Shown: positions 1-13,209, counted from the first letter of the stretch. The stretch is DNA of 45,556 bases from Chiloscyllium plagiosum (GCF_004010195.1 NC_057720.1:33884399-33929954); one strand, 5' to 3'. Notes: generated by a model not told the origin, from the sequence alone. Program-made: numbers and translations.

Positions 1-8
1 TGGCACAC

Positions 9-146
9 CCTCCTCATTCCTGAAGAAGGGCTTATGCCCGAAACGTCGATTCTCCTGCTCCTTGGATGCTGCCTGACCTGCTGCGCTTTTCCAGCAACAC
101 ATTTTTCAGCTCAGATCTCCAGCATCTGCGGTTCTCACTTTCTCCT
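9..146 (+). mobile_element. Penelope-like element terminal (pLTR) fragment carrying a minimal hammerhead ribozyme
   Basis: Same ~130-bp terminus (…GATGCTGCCTGACCTGCTGCGCTTTTCCAGCA…) caps the GIY-YIG elements at 2554-3790 and 24217-25410. Confidence 0.85.
16..52 (+). ncRNA. Minimal type I hammerhead ribozyme motif (core intact)
   Basis: CTGAAGA (20-26), stem II GGGC/ttat/GCCC (28-39), GAAA (40-43), C-GTC cleavage triplet (45-47), palindromic ACGT in place of stem III. Confidence 0.75.
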
Positions 147-635
147 AAGGAAGGATGTGCTGGATTTGAGGGTGGGTGACCAGAGGTTTGTAAGAATAAG
201 CCCAGGGATGAAGTGTTGTCATGAAGAATGGTTGAGGAATCTGGGTTGGTACTCAATGGAGTTTGCTTGGATGAGGGAAGATCTGAACTTGTGGAAAGCT
301 GAGGAGCCTGGATAGCTTGGACATGGAGAAGATGTTTCCATTCATATGAGAGAAAGGTTCATGAGACACAGCCTCAGAATGAAGGGATGACCTGTTAGAA
401 CTGAGATGAGGAGCAAGTTCTTTAGTCAGAAGTGGTTAATCAATGGGGCTCATTTCTGCAGAAGGCTGTGTAGGCCGAGTCATTGAGTGTATTTAAGGTA
501 GAGATAGATACCAACCAGTTCTTGATTAATAAAGTGATCAAAGGCTACAGGTAAAAGGCAGAAGCATGGGGTTGCAAAACATTATCAGCTTTGATTGAAT
601 AGCGACGCAGACCCAATTGCCTGCTTCATTATGTT
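146..635 (+). mobile_element. Degenerate CR1 LINE 3' portion
   Basis: Residual RKDVL…FVRISPGMK…EEWLRNLGWYSME and 3' UTR motifs similar to the other CR1 copies. Confidence 0.75.
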
Positions 636-1249
636 TTGTTCTAATTATTGTACTTTTGTGGCTTCTGTCTGTGCTCCAGATGCTACCATCCATACCCATA
701 TGAAAATCCTACATTTCAGGAATTTAAGCTGGTACAGACTTGTTTTCTGTGTATTTCTGTCTTCTCAAATTTCTGGGTCAGTCTTTGACCTGCCATTCTC
801 TACAATTCACACCATGTCCTGCCTAAACACTTCTGTGCTCCTGTGCATTATGAACATGCAGATAATATTTTCAAGTTTTGAAAACAAAATCTGTTTGAAA
901 GGGCTCCTGCCAATCATGTGACATTTTGAGTCCAAGTTCCTGAATCTCAAAGAAGTATCTAATTACAGACATTTTGAGATATACACATATTCCAAGGACT
1001 CAGACATTCTGTGTGTGTGAGAGATGAATGTGAAATGGGTCCTGTTGACCTATGATGGTGGATAGATTTGTGGCATGTAGATTCTTACTAAGCAAGGTGG
1101 TGAAGTGTCATCAGGGTTAGGTGGAAGTGTGGATTTTAGTTGCAATCAAATCAGTCATATTCTTATTACATGGTAGAAGGAAGCTTAATGGGCTCAATGA
1201 CCTACTTTTGCTCATCGTTCTTATGTTCGGCCTAACGAGACTGGTGAAT

Positions 1250-1600
1250 TTCAAATGTCCAGTGAAAAGCAAGATGTGTTACCAACGTATTACCTTTTCT
1301 TGGCAGAAAGTATTTGAACCATGATAAGTCACGAGGAATCCTTCACCTTAAGCTACTTTAAAAATAACAGGAGAGGCTGCGTGCAGACAAAATTACGTTC
1401 GAAAAAGCCATCAAACCAGTCGCAAGTCAATTTGAGCAGCCACAGAAGGAAACAATAAAACTTGAAAAATGGGAAAAGGGCTTTCACCAAACTTTCAATG
1501 TTAGGTTTACCTTCTGGAAATTCAGCAATAAAAAGCCTAAAGAACCTCAGCTTACAAGACATTCATATCAAATAAAAGCATAATCTCCTGTAAGAAACTG
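1250..1600 (+). pseudogene. Possible highly decayed Ty3/Gypsy gag remnant
   Basis: Manual translation gives LFLAES and, in another frame, QERLRADKITFEKAIKPVASQFEQ, resembling gag motifs LYLLAESCE and ERL…LTLEKAI…QFE. Interrupted by stops; weak. Confidence 0.3.
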
Positions 1601-2553
1601 TAGGCCGACCACAGAAGGGAGACTGAGATGAGCATACGTAATACATAAGCTTTCTGCAAATGATGGTATGAGTGAATCGACTGAGTGAATTGTAAACCTC
1701 CAGGAGTAAGTGGAAGATAAAAATACCCTTCAGTTTTAAGCATTCCAAAAAGCTTGTTCCTGGAATTACTTAAGTGGGAACATTCACACTGATAGTAAGA
1801 AAGTAGGCATCTCACATACCAAAACACTGATCATAAATAAATTCTGTCCACGCACTATCCACTACAGACCATCCTAACTCATCTCAGAACCATAGGTGAG
1901 GATTGAATGGATTAAAACAAACAGTTTCAATTCTGGAAATGTGATCTACAATTGCCAGTTAAGCAATATCAGAGTACAATGTAACAAAAACTGACTTATT
2001 CAGTGGTATTCAAGGCAATATCTTGAATAATTAGTATAAGATTCCTAAGTTTATTGGAATAAACTCAAAAGCTATACTCTAGAGTGAACCACATTAGCAA
2101 ACCATTCTGGTTGACCTGACCAGCTACTGTCACATTAATATCAATGAGGCTTGAAATGTTTTTAACCCAATTGGATCTTTAGAGCCATTTGCTGCTCCTG
2201 ATAAATACTCAAAACGTCTAAAGGAACCAGTGAAATTATAGGCATTTTCAAAATGTCTAACAAAATAGTTGTGAGATTCAATAGAATCAAATTTATATTG
2301 GATTCAAAGCAACTTCCTTTCTTCACAATTCAATTGCTTACTTCTATAACTTGGTTTTGTTGTTGTAAAGAAAGCAAAAAGAAAAAGATGCTGACTTGAA
2401 TATCAGGAAAATGTGGTTATTGTAAGCTATTTCTTGGTTAGAGGACAATCACATACAGAATGAAGCTTCCACTGCTCAGCTGGAGTATTAGCAGGCCCCC
2501 TTTGTTAATTCGTTTTGAAGCCAGACGATGAAGTAGAAATTTTGGGGTTTACA

Positions 2554-3790
2554 TCAGAGTGGTGCTGGAAAAGCACAGCAGGTCAGGCAGCATCCAAGGA
2601 GCTGGAAAATCGATGTTTCGGGCAAAAGTCCTTCATCAAGAATAGAGGCAGGGAGCCGCCTCCAGGGTGCAGAGATAATTGGGAAGGGGGGGAGGCTGGG
2701 GAGAAGGTAGCAAGGAGTACAATAGGTGAATGGGGGTGGGGATGGAGGTGATAGGTCAGAGGGGAGGGAGGAGCAGGTAGGTGGGAAGGGAGTTTGGCAG
2801 GTAGGACAGGTCATGAGGACAGTGCTGAGCTGGAAGGTTGGAACTGGGGTAAGGTGGGGGGAAGGGAAATGAGGAAACTGGTGAAGTCCACATTGGTGCC
2901 ATGGGGTTGGAGGGTCCCGGGCGGAAGATGAGGTGTTCTTCCTCCAGGTGTCGGGTGGTGAGGGAGTGGCAATGGAGGAGGCCCAGGACCTCCATGTCCT
3001 CGGCAGAGTGGGAGGGGGAGTTAAAGTGTTAGGCCACGGGGCGGAGGGGTTGATTGGTGCGGGTGTCCTGGCGGTGTTCTCTGAAACACTCTGTGAGTAG
3101 GCATCCTGTCTCCCCAATGTAGAGGAGACTGCATTGAGAGTAACGGATACAGTAAATAACATTGGTGGATGTGCAGGTGAATCTTTGATGGATGTGGAAG
3201 GCTCCTTTGGGGCCTTGGTTGGAGGTGAGGGGGGAGGTGTGGGTGCAAGTTTTGCAATTCCTGCAGTGGCAGGGGAAGGTGCCAGGAGGGGAGGGTGGGT
3301 TGTTGGGGAGCATGGACCTGACCAGGTAATCACAGAGGGAATGGTCTTTGCGGAAAGGGATGGGGAGGGAAATATATCTCGAGTGGCAGGGTCTGTTTGG
3401 AGGTGGCTGAAATGTCGGCGAATGATGCAGTTAAGGTAAAGGTTGATAGGGTGGAAGGTGAGGACCAGAGGGGTTCTGTCCTTGTTATGGTTGGAGAGGT
3501 GGGGTTTGAGGGCGGTGGTGCAGGATGTGGATGAGAGGTGTTGGATGGCATCTTCAACCACATGAGAAGGGAAATTGCGATCTCTAAAGAAGGAGGCCAT
3601 CTGGTGTGTTCTGTGGTGGAACAGGTCCTCCTGGGAGCAGATACGGCGGATGAATTGGGAATACGGGATGGCATTTTTGCAGGAGATAGGGTGGGAGGAG
3701 GTGTAATCCAGGTAGCTGTGGGAGTCGGTGGGTTTGCAAAAAATGTCAGTGTCAAGTTGGTCATCATTGATGGAGATGGAAAGAAATTAC
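2554..3790 (-). mobile_element. Penelope-like retroelement (Neptune-type), 5'-truncated: RT C-terminus, Zn linker, GIY-YIG endonuclease and pLTR; frameshifted
   Basis: ORF 3029-3313 GTFPCHCRNCKTC…NVIYCIRYSQCSLLYIGETG…FREH (VIY-YIG with Cys linker); ORF 2554-3600 RTPLVLTFHP; terminal hammerhead-like motif at ~2609-2640. Confidence 0.92.
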
Positions 3791-3819
3791 CAAGATGAAG
3801 TAGAAAACCAGGTACAGAT

Positions 3820-5220
3820 CCCAGATAAGCAATTGTTGATATAACTTTAAGATAATTTTGTTTTTCTCAAATTCTTTTCACTTGATGCCATTAATACTAC
3901 TTTAAGTTTCTAATAAGAAATTCTCTTTTTGTTAATGAGATACAATAAATGCTCTGATTTGACAATTTACTGACTTTTCAAAAACAATTACTTTCTCATA
4001 TCCAATTCCATCTGTACCTTTTTTCCCCCTTTTGGAGGCTTACTCAGTAGCAAGAACATCTAAACAGAGGTTAGGTTTGTATGTAAGGTATATCGTGTCT
4101 TACAGCAGTAATATTGCAGGAAATAGCACTGTTTTCAATGACGTCATTATGGTCTGAACCTGAAAGAAGTAGAATTTCTCTGTACCCTGGCATTATTTAG
4201 ACATTACTACTGAGTGAATCTAAATAACATTTTAACCAATCTGCTCTACACACTGCCAAGATGCAACCACTATGTAACATGGCACAATTAAATGGGTCTA
4301 TGGTGAGGACACTCATGATTGAACTACAGCTTCTTCTGACTTGTGCAATTTTGTCACTAATCATTATTCATTTTCTTCAACTATTGAATTCTTGATCATG
4401 CATCGCTTTGAAAACCCTGCTATTCCACTTTAGGCATTTCAAAATGACATTTTGAGTCACATTTAAAGCACCTATTAACAGTTCCCCTGGTGTTTCTGGT
4501 GTTCATTTCTTTATTATTGCGACTCCAAACCTGGTATCTTCCAGATCCGTTAAAAATGCCTTCATCTTCACTCCTTTTGACTGTAACCCTTCTGCTTGTA
4601 CTGACATGCCACATGTGAGAATGATCTTAAAAGGCTGCGATCATCAAGTCTTCCATCTGAGACAGCAGAATGTCCCATCTGTGTCACAAGGGCTTCTGGA
4701 AATGACTGCTTCCCAAGATGTTTTGTTTTTGAAGCAGCAAACATTTGATTCAGAGATCCCTTTTTCTGAGAACTGAATGCCTGTCAAGATGAAGCACCTA
4801 AACATATTCAGCACCCGAGAATAATCCAGCAATTCAAATGTAAGCACTGAATGAGGACTTCTGAATTGAATTTCTTCATTGAATTGAAAATCTGTTTAAA
4901 GTCTGTTTTATTTCCCTTTTTCGAATGATCATCCATCTTTGAGAACTATCAAAGTATGACCATGCCTCATAGGCTTCTAATAGATTTTTTTTTAATGTTT
5001 CATCCATGAAATTGAATAGGAGTTCCAAATCTCTTTCAGATCTAATTGGGCATCCAACCCACAAAATACTTGGCTTCTGATTTAACCTTTATTTGAAAGC
5101 AATGATGCTAAGACCCAGTTTTCTCTTCAGTAAGGATGTAACCTCTGTCTAACGTATAATTAATTTTCTGTGGGTTTGGATGCAGAGAAATACAGTAAGT
5201 AATCATATCCAAACAATTTA
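3820..5220 (-). mobile_element. Decayed Ty1/Copia (GalEa-like) gag-protease remnant
   Basis: Collinear minus-strand motifs: GYDY, TEVTSLLKRK, IRSQVF, LLFNFMDETLKKNLLEAYEAWSYFD, LTFELLD…LTGIQFS, zinc knuckle RCFKCDSKCH, protease FNCAMLHSGC…DWLKCYLDSL (D-S-G decayed), TSFRF, LLLSKP, IILKLYQQ. Confidence 0.8.
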
Positions 5221-5504
5221 CACCTGATTTCAGCCAACTCCTTATGAGGATACTCTAATCACAACCTTCTGTCTAGAAATAAAATCTCACTTTTTTTCAC
5301 CTTTTAGGAAACTATCCTTTGTTAATTCATTACAAAGACAGATGGTGAAGTAGGAAAACAGACTCCTTTTTTTTACTTAATACTAGACTTATTTACAGTA
5401 TGCAGCATTACTTGTGTATGTCGTCTGGTAAGCAAAATTTATTATCCCAACAGATTTTCTTTACATGTGATTATATGAATAAAGTAAAAGGGAAATTACC
5501 ATTG

Positions 5505-5685
5505 CCCTACTTTTTCATTAGAGAGATGACTGGTGGTGGATTAACCCAAGGGTCCCCACACCTCAGGTGAGGGGCATGGTTGAGAAGGTGAGACATTCAT
5601 AGTAACGTCCGACTGTGTGGGAATTGAACCCATACTTTTGGCTTTTCTGCATCACAAACCAGTCATCCAGCCAACTGAGCTAATT
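5505..5685 (-). mobile_element. tRNA-derived SINE (family A)
   Basis: Reverse complement begins TTAGCTCAGTTGG (A box) … GGGTTCAATTCCC (B box); homologous to 14003-14195 and 38958-39150. Confidence 0.75.
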
Positions 5686-6944
5686 AACTTTTGTATCTGT
5701 AATCTTATAATACCATTAAGAGACCTGGATATAGCTCTCAAGAGAGACGTGTTGTTGATGTTTTTCATATTTGTCATGATCGCAGCTGAAGGTAATATTG
5801 GAAAGTAAGATCCCAAAGTGAAACCTGGGTTGATAGATGATCATTTTTACTTCTGCAATTTGGTTATCATGGTGGTCAGTCACTGAACATATTCACAAGA
5901 GGCTGCCAATGTACTTTTTTAAAAAATGAACATCCAATTTATTGCAAATGAAGGGTAGAAAAATACAAAACCATTTTACACTGGATAAAAACTATTTGAG
6001 AAAGTCATTCAATATTTTTACCCACAACAACAATGCTCAAATTTCAGTGAAGGGACGCACCATTTTCACTTGTTCATTTGGCATGCCTGCACTTGTTTGT
6101 TTTCTGATAAGCATCTGTATAGACTCTTTAGTTTCTTTAGTATTGTCTGTTTGTGAGATCCTTAAACTGCTAGCACAGGTCGCTTATTTCTTAACACAGA
6201 TTCCTTTAATTCCACTTCTACATCCCATTTCTCTTATTGACATTAAATGACTCAGGACTGCTTTTTTGCCAGTCAGTAGAATAATGGCTCATCCAACATA
6301 GCTCATGTTCACTTTCCTGCACTTTTCCCCATAATCCTTATTCACCTACTGATCAAGAATCTATCTACCTGAGCTCATTATGGCAAGGAATTCTAAAGGC
6401 ACTCAAGCCCCTGAGTCTTGCTGAGTTTTCATGGGGTCTGCTAATCTACATTGCTTCTCTGGCAAGCTTTTTCTCCCTGAAATACCTGCTTATCTCTGAA
6501 AGAAACCTGCACACTAACTGACCTTCGGGATGATTCTGTCTTTTTGAAAAGGAAACTGTTTCTGTCTCTGATCTCCCAGTGTCAGAAGATACCTTGTTGC
6601 TGGGCAATTTTCACATTTTTCTCTCTCCTGCCCTTGTTTTGTTCCTAAATCATTGAACTATTTACCTCGATTTTATTTTTGAAGGTCTCACTTAAATACA
6701 TGTCAACAATTTTCCTGATATCCCTAAACTTGGCTAGAAGTGTGGCTGGTTATGAACCATGATCTCAACATTAAAACTAAAATGTACTGAGGCATTTGCT
6801 GCATTTAGTGCTCTGACCTGTTTCCTGGTGTCACATGAAGTGAATTGAATTTGGTGAAGTTTGACATCCGTGATGATAGGCACCACAAAGGGAGGTTGAA
6901 GTGTGTTATCCACTTGACACCTCCAGTAAAGATGGTTAAAGGTG

Positions 6945-7140
6945 CTTCCAGTTGACAACCGGAAGCGGCAGGGACAGGCCACTATAAATGCCGGAGGAAA
7001 CACCACAAAGCGCTTCACAGGAGGCTCCCACAGAGGATGTCACCTAGACAGGGGACGAAATGTTTGCAACAAAAACTTCCAGCTCGGCGAACAGAACCAC
7101 AGCAACGAGCACCCGAGCTACAAATCTTCTCACAAGTTTT
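6945..7140 (+). mobile_element. Terminal fragment of a second Penelope-like family with TATAAA and a degenerate hammerhead
   Basis: CTATAAATG followed by CAGAGGA-TGTCACC…GGGGAC-GAAA-TGTTT, a hammerhead layout with a mutated core. Confidence 0.55.
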
Positions 7141-7142
7141 GG

Positions 7143-7395
7143 TCTTAACTGTTTTCTGTGGCAGAGAATTCCACAGGCTCACCGCTGTCTGGATGAAGAC
7201 ATTTCTCCTCATCTCAGTCCTAACCAGCCTATTCCACACCTTAGACCATGACCCTTGGTTCTGGACTCCCTGTTTACCCTGTGTAGCCCTGTTGGGACTT
7301 CACAGGTTTCTTTGACATCTCCCCTCGTTCTTCTGAATTCTAGTGAATGTAGTTCCAACTGATCCAGACTGTCTTCTTACACCAATCCTGCCAAA
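7143..7395 (-). mobile_element. CR1 LINE fragment
   Basis: ORF 7015-7239 RTEMRRNVFIQTAVSLWNSLPQK matches the CR1 ORF2 C-terminal motif. Confidence 0.8.
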
Positions 7396-7789
7396 GCCTG
7401 TCTGAAGCTTTGGGGGGAAAGAAAAGAAACCTGGATGCAATGCAATAAAATTTCATGAACCACTTCTGTCAGAAGAGAGCTGAGATCTTGTATTTTCTTT
7501 GCTTCATCAGCTGGGGTTGGCACTCATTGTACCTTTTAGTTCTCCAAATTACATCTGTACAATAAGTGATCATACTGAGCTGAGCTGCATCTGATATCCT
7601 TGTGCAAACAGAACATCTAAAGCTTTTATGAAGTGCATTCTTCACTGGCTACCTAATCAGGCTGAGCCTTTTAACATTTCATATTTTGATAGATATGATG
7701 TTGTTAAATACTGGAACATGAAGATTAATTGTCTCTATTGTAGCCTATTTATAGTCGCAAAAGTGATGCCCAAATTACAGGATTAATGC

Positions 7790-8312
7790 ACACAGACATG
7801 TTAGAAGACAAATTTGATTCTCTCAGCAAGTTGTAAGGATCTGGAATGCACTGTCTGAGGGGATGGGAGAGATGGATTTAATTGGAACTGTCTGATAGGA
7901 GTTGGATAAGCATTTGAAGAGAAAATAAATTGCTTTGGGAGAAGGGTAGGTGCTGTTGGGGCAAGGTAGAGGTGTCACTAAGTTGCACAAGCACTGAGTT
8001 GTCAGGCTAGATAATATCTTTCTATGTTGTAATCATTCTATGTTTCTATTCTGATTCCATGAAAAAAAAGGGAATGATTTTTTTGACTGGGAAGGTTGTC
8101 AATTTTTGGAATTCCCTCTGTCAGAGGGTTGTGAAAGCTGGCTCATTGAGAATCTTTAAAGCTGAGATAGATTTTTGGGCTGCAGAGAGATTGAGAGATA
8201 CAGAATCAGATAAGACAGTTGATTTGAGGTCAACAATAAGCCATGACTTCATTGATTGATGGTGTAGGTTCAAACAATTGTATGCCTTATTCCTGCTTCA
8301 ATTTCTTATGTC
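7790..8312 (+). mobile_element. Two adjacent old CR1/L2 3' ends
   Basis: FLTGKVVNFWNSLCQRVVKAGSLRIFKAEID; TTCTATG-type tails at ~8037-8050 and ~8300-8312. Confidence 0.65.
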
Positions 8313-8529
8313 AGTGACAAACTCCCAAACCTTTTACTGCTGTGACCTCAAAGGAAGAATTGGTTCAACTTGTTGCAACTGCAATATGAAAATTGAGATG
8401 TTGAGCGGAGTGGTTGAGAGGGATGAGACTTCAAAGGCACAGAAAATAACAAAGGCTATTAACAACTATTATTCTGCGGGCTCTGTATATATCAGTGATT
8501 GGGCCTCAGAACTCATTGGATTAGCTAAC

Positions 8530-9285
8530 ATTTGCACCAAACAAATACAAGGCAATGACCATCTCCAATAAGAGGCAATCTGACCACGCCCTTGATATTC
8601 AATGGTGTTAACATTACTGAATCCCCCACTATCAACATTCTGGGGGTTACCACTAACCAGAAACTTAACTGGACTGGCCAAATAAACAAACTGGCTAAAA
8701 GAGCAAGTCAAAGGCTGGGAACACTGTGACGTGTAAATCACCTCCTGACTCCCCAAAGCCTATCCATCATCTACAAGGCACAAGTCAGGAGTGTGACGGA
8801 ATATTCCCACTTGCCTGGCTGAATGAAGCTCCAACAGCACACAAAAGCTTGACACCATCCAGGATGAAGCAGCCCACTTGACTGACCCACATCCACAAGC
8901 ATCCACTTCTTCCACTACTGGCGCTCAGTAGCAGCAGTGTATACTATCTACAAGATACACTGCAGCAATTCACCAAAGATCCTCAGACAGCACCTTCAAA
9001 ACCCACGATCACATCTACCCAGAAGGATAAGGGCAGCAGATACATGGGACCACCACCTGTTAGTTCCCCTCCAAGCCACTCACTATCCTGACTTGGAAAT
9101 AATTGGATTACTTCACATTCGCTTGATCAAAATCCTGGAATTCCCTTCCTGATGGCATTATGGGTCAACCCACAGTACATGGATTGAAGCAGTTCACAAA
9201 GGCAGCTCACCACCACCTTCTGAAGGACAACTAGGGACAGGCAATAAATGCTGGCCAGCCAGTGATGCTCATATCTCATAAACAG
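8530..9285 (+). mobile_element. CR1/L2-group LINE 3' portion, distinct family from HER1
   Basis: Translates to INILGVTTNQKLNW…AKRASQRLGTL…PQSLSIIYKAQVRSVTEY; 3' tail GGCAATAAATGCTGGCCAGCCAG is shared with SINE family B. Confidence 0.85.
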
Positions 9286-9686
9286 GCCATACCTACAGGC
9301 AAAAATAATCATGAGCATGTAAAGGAAATTTGCATCTGATCCCATTTACACTTTGTCAAATCTGAGTCTTTGCTATACAGTTCCCATTGCTGTCTCAAAG
9401 CTTGTCTCTCCAATTGTTTACCCAGTGATCTCATGGGGGGAGTTGATGACCCACAATATTATGTTCTTACAACAGTGCCCAATAGACCAACTCAGCTTCA
9501 GTTATTTCTCTTACATTGTTTTAATCTTGACGACATATTTTAACAACAGATCCAAACATATGCAAGCTAAACATTTATGTTTTATATTACCTTTCACATT
9601 CTCAAGACATCCTCGGAACAGGAGTAGCCCCTTGAGTCAACGAGACCATGGCTGATTTCAAAAGAAATCACAGAAAATGACAATTT

Positions 9687-10035
9687 TGAAATGAAGAGGA
9701 GGCCATGACATAATGGTAAAATCACTAGACTAGTAATCCAGAGACTTAAGGTAATGCTCTTGGACGAGGCATTCAAGTCCCACGATGGCAGCTAATGGAA
9801 TTTAAATTCAGTTGATATATTTTGAATATAAATCAAGTTTTAATAATGGTGCCATGGAAGTTCCATCAATTGTTACAGAAGAAACTATGCCAGCCTTACC
9901 TGGTTCCTGATCAATAGGATTGAAGTTGACTTTTATTGCCCTCTGAAATGATCCAGCAAACAATTCCATTCAAGTGCAGTTATGGATAGACAATAAATTC
10001 CATGTTGCCAACGATGCCCACATCATATGAAAAAA
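9687..10035 (+). mobile_element. tRNA-derived SINE (family B) with tail homologous to the LINE at 8530-9285
   Basis: tRNA-like head (…ACTAGTAATCCAGAGAC…TTCAAGTCCCAC), tail CAATAAAT…GCCAACGATGCCCACATC; homologous to 17895-18225 and 19270-19475. Confidence 0.7.
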
Positions 10036-10509
10036 TCTTGAAAAGAAATCGGTCATTTAGCATCTTGAGCCTGTTCTGCCATTTGTTATATGTTTTGTGA
10101 TGCTGTTTCATGACTGATCTGTATTTTATTCAACTATTAATATCCCTTGATACCCAAAGCAGTCACCTATCAATATCAGTATTGAAAACGTCAACTGATT
10201 CAGCATTTTGAGGGAGTGAGTTCCAGACTTCTAATACCTTTTGTGTAGATGGGGTCTCTCTGAATGGCTGAATTCCATGTTCCCTTGAGAATTCCACCTT
10301 GAGAGGAGTGGTTAGTTTTCCTGCATTGGGCCTGTCAAAACCTTTAATTGCTTTAAGGGATGGTGGCAGGGATAGGTTATTTCAGACTGAAAAGATAAAT
10401 TTCTTCCTTACGAGGATTGTCAACTGTTGAAATTCAATGTACCAGAGAACTATTGATATTGCATTAATTAGTGTGTAAAAACCTGAAAATTGGATACAAA
10501 GGAAATAAG

Positions 10510-10790
10510 GAAATTAAAAACAGAAAATGTTGGTAATACTCAACAGGCCTGGCATCACTTGAAGAGAGAAAGAGAGTTATTGTTTTAGCTCAGTGACTGC
10601 TCCTCAGAACTGGAAGAAGTTGGCAAGGTTTGAAGTAGTTGCTCTGGGGAAGAAATGTAACCATTACGTGACAAAAGTTGATGGTGCAGAACCAAAGGGA
10701 GTCGGAATGGGACCAAGAAATAAAAGACGCAGCCGGAAGAGGTGTGAATGTGGGGATAAGGAAGTGAAGTTGTTAAGTTCCTGATCTTTT
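10510..10790 (-). mobile_element. Degenerate Penelope-type pLTR fragment
   Basis: AAAACAGAAAATGTTGG…CTCAACAGG…GGCATC resembles the terminus at 33003-33095 and the reverse of 13690-13790. Confidence 0.5.
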
Positions 10791-10809
10791 TGAATCGTGG
10801 AGGACGTTT

Positions 10810-11960
10810 AATGGGCCATTTGATAGCAATTAGATTTCACTGGTAAGGCTAACATTTTTTGCTGTTCCAAATTCCACTTGAGAAGGTGGCAATGAGTTGC
10901 TATGACAGCTTGTTACTTTAAATGCATAGTGTAATCCAGAGTAGTCAGTAGTGATGGTGAAGGCTCCCATTTGCTTTCTACCACATGGTGAACAGGAATA
11001 TTTCATTCTTACTGCTACCACCAGCATGTATTGGAAGTATTTGCATGTTGATCTTCCAGTTGTGTGACCATTTTGTGAATGCACCAGTTGACCATTGAAA
11101 ACCACTAAATCATCAACAGTAAGAAAGTACTGCCTATACTTGAAGTAAGCCTTCATGATTCAGTCCGTGAATTAAGGTCCAGACCATCCTTGGGTGTAAT
11201 GTGTGCGTGTAGTGATATAACAAGGATCCTTCTTTTACTCATCCTTGTTGACATTCTGTTTGCTTTTGGAGACTGACTAAGATAATGTTGTTGCCAGAGT
11301 GTACAAGTCCCAAACTGATCATTGTTAGATCATGTTTTGATGATGGGAGCACAGTCTAAGCAAATTACTAAACTTTCTGCTGGTTTCTCAGGTGGAGGTT
11401 TCTGTTCAGTGATGTTTCCTTCACAGCAGCTGTGAACGCTTTGCTGGTTCTATAGCAGTATGTGCAATTGCTTTAAAAAGTTACTTTCTACATTCCAGAT
11501 GATCTCAGGCCTGTTTCTCGATCTTCACTGGTATCATGATTTTCTAGGCATTGCATCCCATCATTGCCATGATCTTTTATAGTGTGGTTTCATGCCAGGC
11601 TGTAGCATTGTGTAGTTTCATGCCAGACAATGAGTCTTGGTTTGAGACAGAATGGTCAAGGAGAAGGCACTGTCATGAAATGTCTTCACGTTCTGAGATC
11701 AAAGTAACACTACTTGTTATACATTAATACTAAACACTGCTGTACAAGGCAATCATAGATATACCTGGCTCTTATCTTGTTTGGCCTAATCACCATGTGC
11801 TTTCCCAGTCTTTCTAATGAAGTTTAATTCTGCCCATGCTGTGCTTTTTCTGCTCAGTGATGTGCAGTACCATGACATCATTGCAGGGTTGCTCCAAGTT
11901 CCTGAACTTTTACACAACACCAAGCTTTTCAGTGCCTCTTCTTTATGTAATTGTATGATA
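10810..11960 (-). mobile_element. Highly decayed Ty3/Gypsy pol remnant (RNase H-integrase region)
   Basis: GW…MKAYFKYRQYFLTVDDLVVFNGQLV (cf. ELTV.DGL…G.RLV), TTDYSG (cf. VVDYYS), FGTAK…SNGP (cf. FGIPE…SDNGP). The upstream boundary is uncertain. Confidence 0.5.
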
Positions 11961-12356
11961 AACAAATTTCCCTGTTACTGTGACATTGACAACATGCTTT
12001 CTTTAATACGTACAGATGCAACACCCAAGCCATGTTCTCTGCCTACATGAGTTCTCCCTTTTGGTATTTAATCATTGCCACCCATCCTTTGATGACTCTT
12101 TTACTACTGACGTATTTATAAAGAGTTATGCTTATTATGTTTGCTATCCTTGTTATGCTCATTTACATGGGTAACTTGGGCACAAAGAGAATGATTCCTT
12201 CTGAATCAATAGATTTTCAGCTCAAGTTACACTTTAGACACTTGAGCACACAACCTAGACTAATAAGTAAAGATAGAACTAAAGAATTAATGCAGTATCA
12301 CAGGTGCCATCCTTTGGATGTGACCCATTTTACCCTCTGCAGCCTTTCACAGAGGG

Positions 12357-12631
12357 CAAAAACAAGGACTGCAGATGCTGGAAACCAGAGTCTAGATTAG
12401 AGTGGTGCTGGAAAAGCACAGCAGGTCAGGCAGCATCCGAGGAGCAGGAAAATCAATGTTTCGGGCAAAAGCCCTTCATCAGGAATAGAGGCAGGGTGCC
12501 TGCAGAGTGGAGAAATAAATGAGAGGGAGAGATTCACTGAGATTCTTGTAGAGAGAAGAGGAAATCTTCAAGGCAGGCATCCTTGCAAGAGGATTCGCAG
12601 TAGGATTAAAATCAGCTAGGTAAAAACAAGG
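12357..12631 (-). mobile_element. Penelope pLTR insertion with hammerhead motif
   Basis: Reverse complement contains CCTGATGAAGGGCTTTTGCCCGAAACATTG; AAAAACAAGG occurs at both ends. Confidence 0.8.
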
Positions 12632-13209
12632 CACGCACTGTTTCCTCTGGGACATCTTGGTCCACTTATCCTTCACTCTCAATGTGTAACCACACCCCCA
12701 AGACACACTCCCATGCAATCGCAGATAGGTGTAATACCTGTCCATTTCGTTCCTCCCCCCCTCACTGTCCAAGGCCCCAGATGCATCTTCCAGGTGAAGC
12801 AATGATTTACCTGGATTTCACTCAATCAACTGTATTTGTTGCTGACAGTGTGTTTTCCACTAGATCAGGGAGATGATATGCAGAATGGGTGACTGCTTTG
12901 CAAAACACCTATGTTGTGTCTGCTAAATAACTCTGAGCCACTTGTTGCCTGCCATTTCAACACACCACCATGTTCCCTGGCCAATATCTCTGTCACAGGC
13001 CTGCTGCAGTGCTCCAGTGAAGCTCAATATAAGCTGGAAGAACACCCCACATTGTACACTTGGGGACCTTTCAGACTTCTGGACTCTATTGAGTTCAATA
13101 ATTTTAGAGCCTGAGAACCTTCTCCCACGTCCTTACCCCAACCCCACACCCTGGGCCTTGTCATCACATGGGCTGCTACCACAAACAACCCATTGTTAGC
13201 CACTAATAA

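Noticed and set aside
34..315. Recurrent signal-peptide-like ORFs MPETSILLLLGCCLTCCAFP (also 17402, 20432, 25826, 26869, 34258)
   Set aside because: Incidental translation of the Penelope pLTR; downstream sequences are unrelated, so this is not a gene family.
2554..3600. 348-aa ORF as a functional protein
   Set aside because: Only the N-terminal part is in the Penelope frame; frameshifts move the GIY-YIG domain to another frame.
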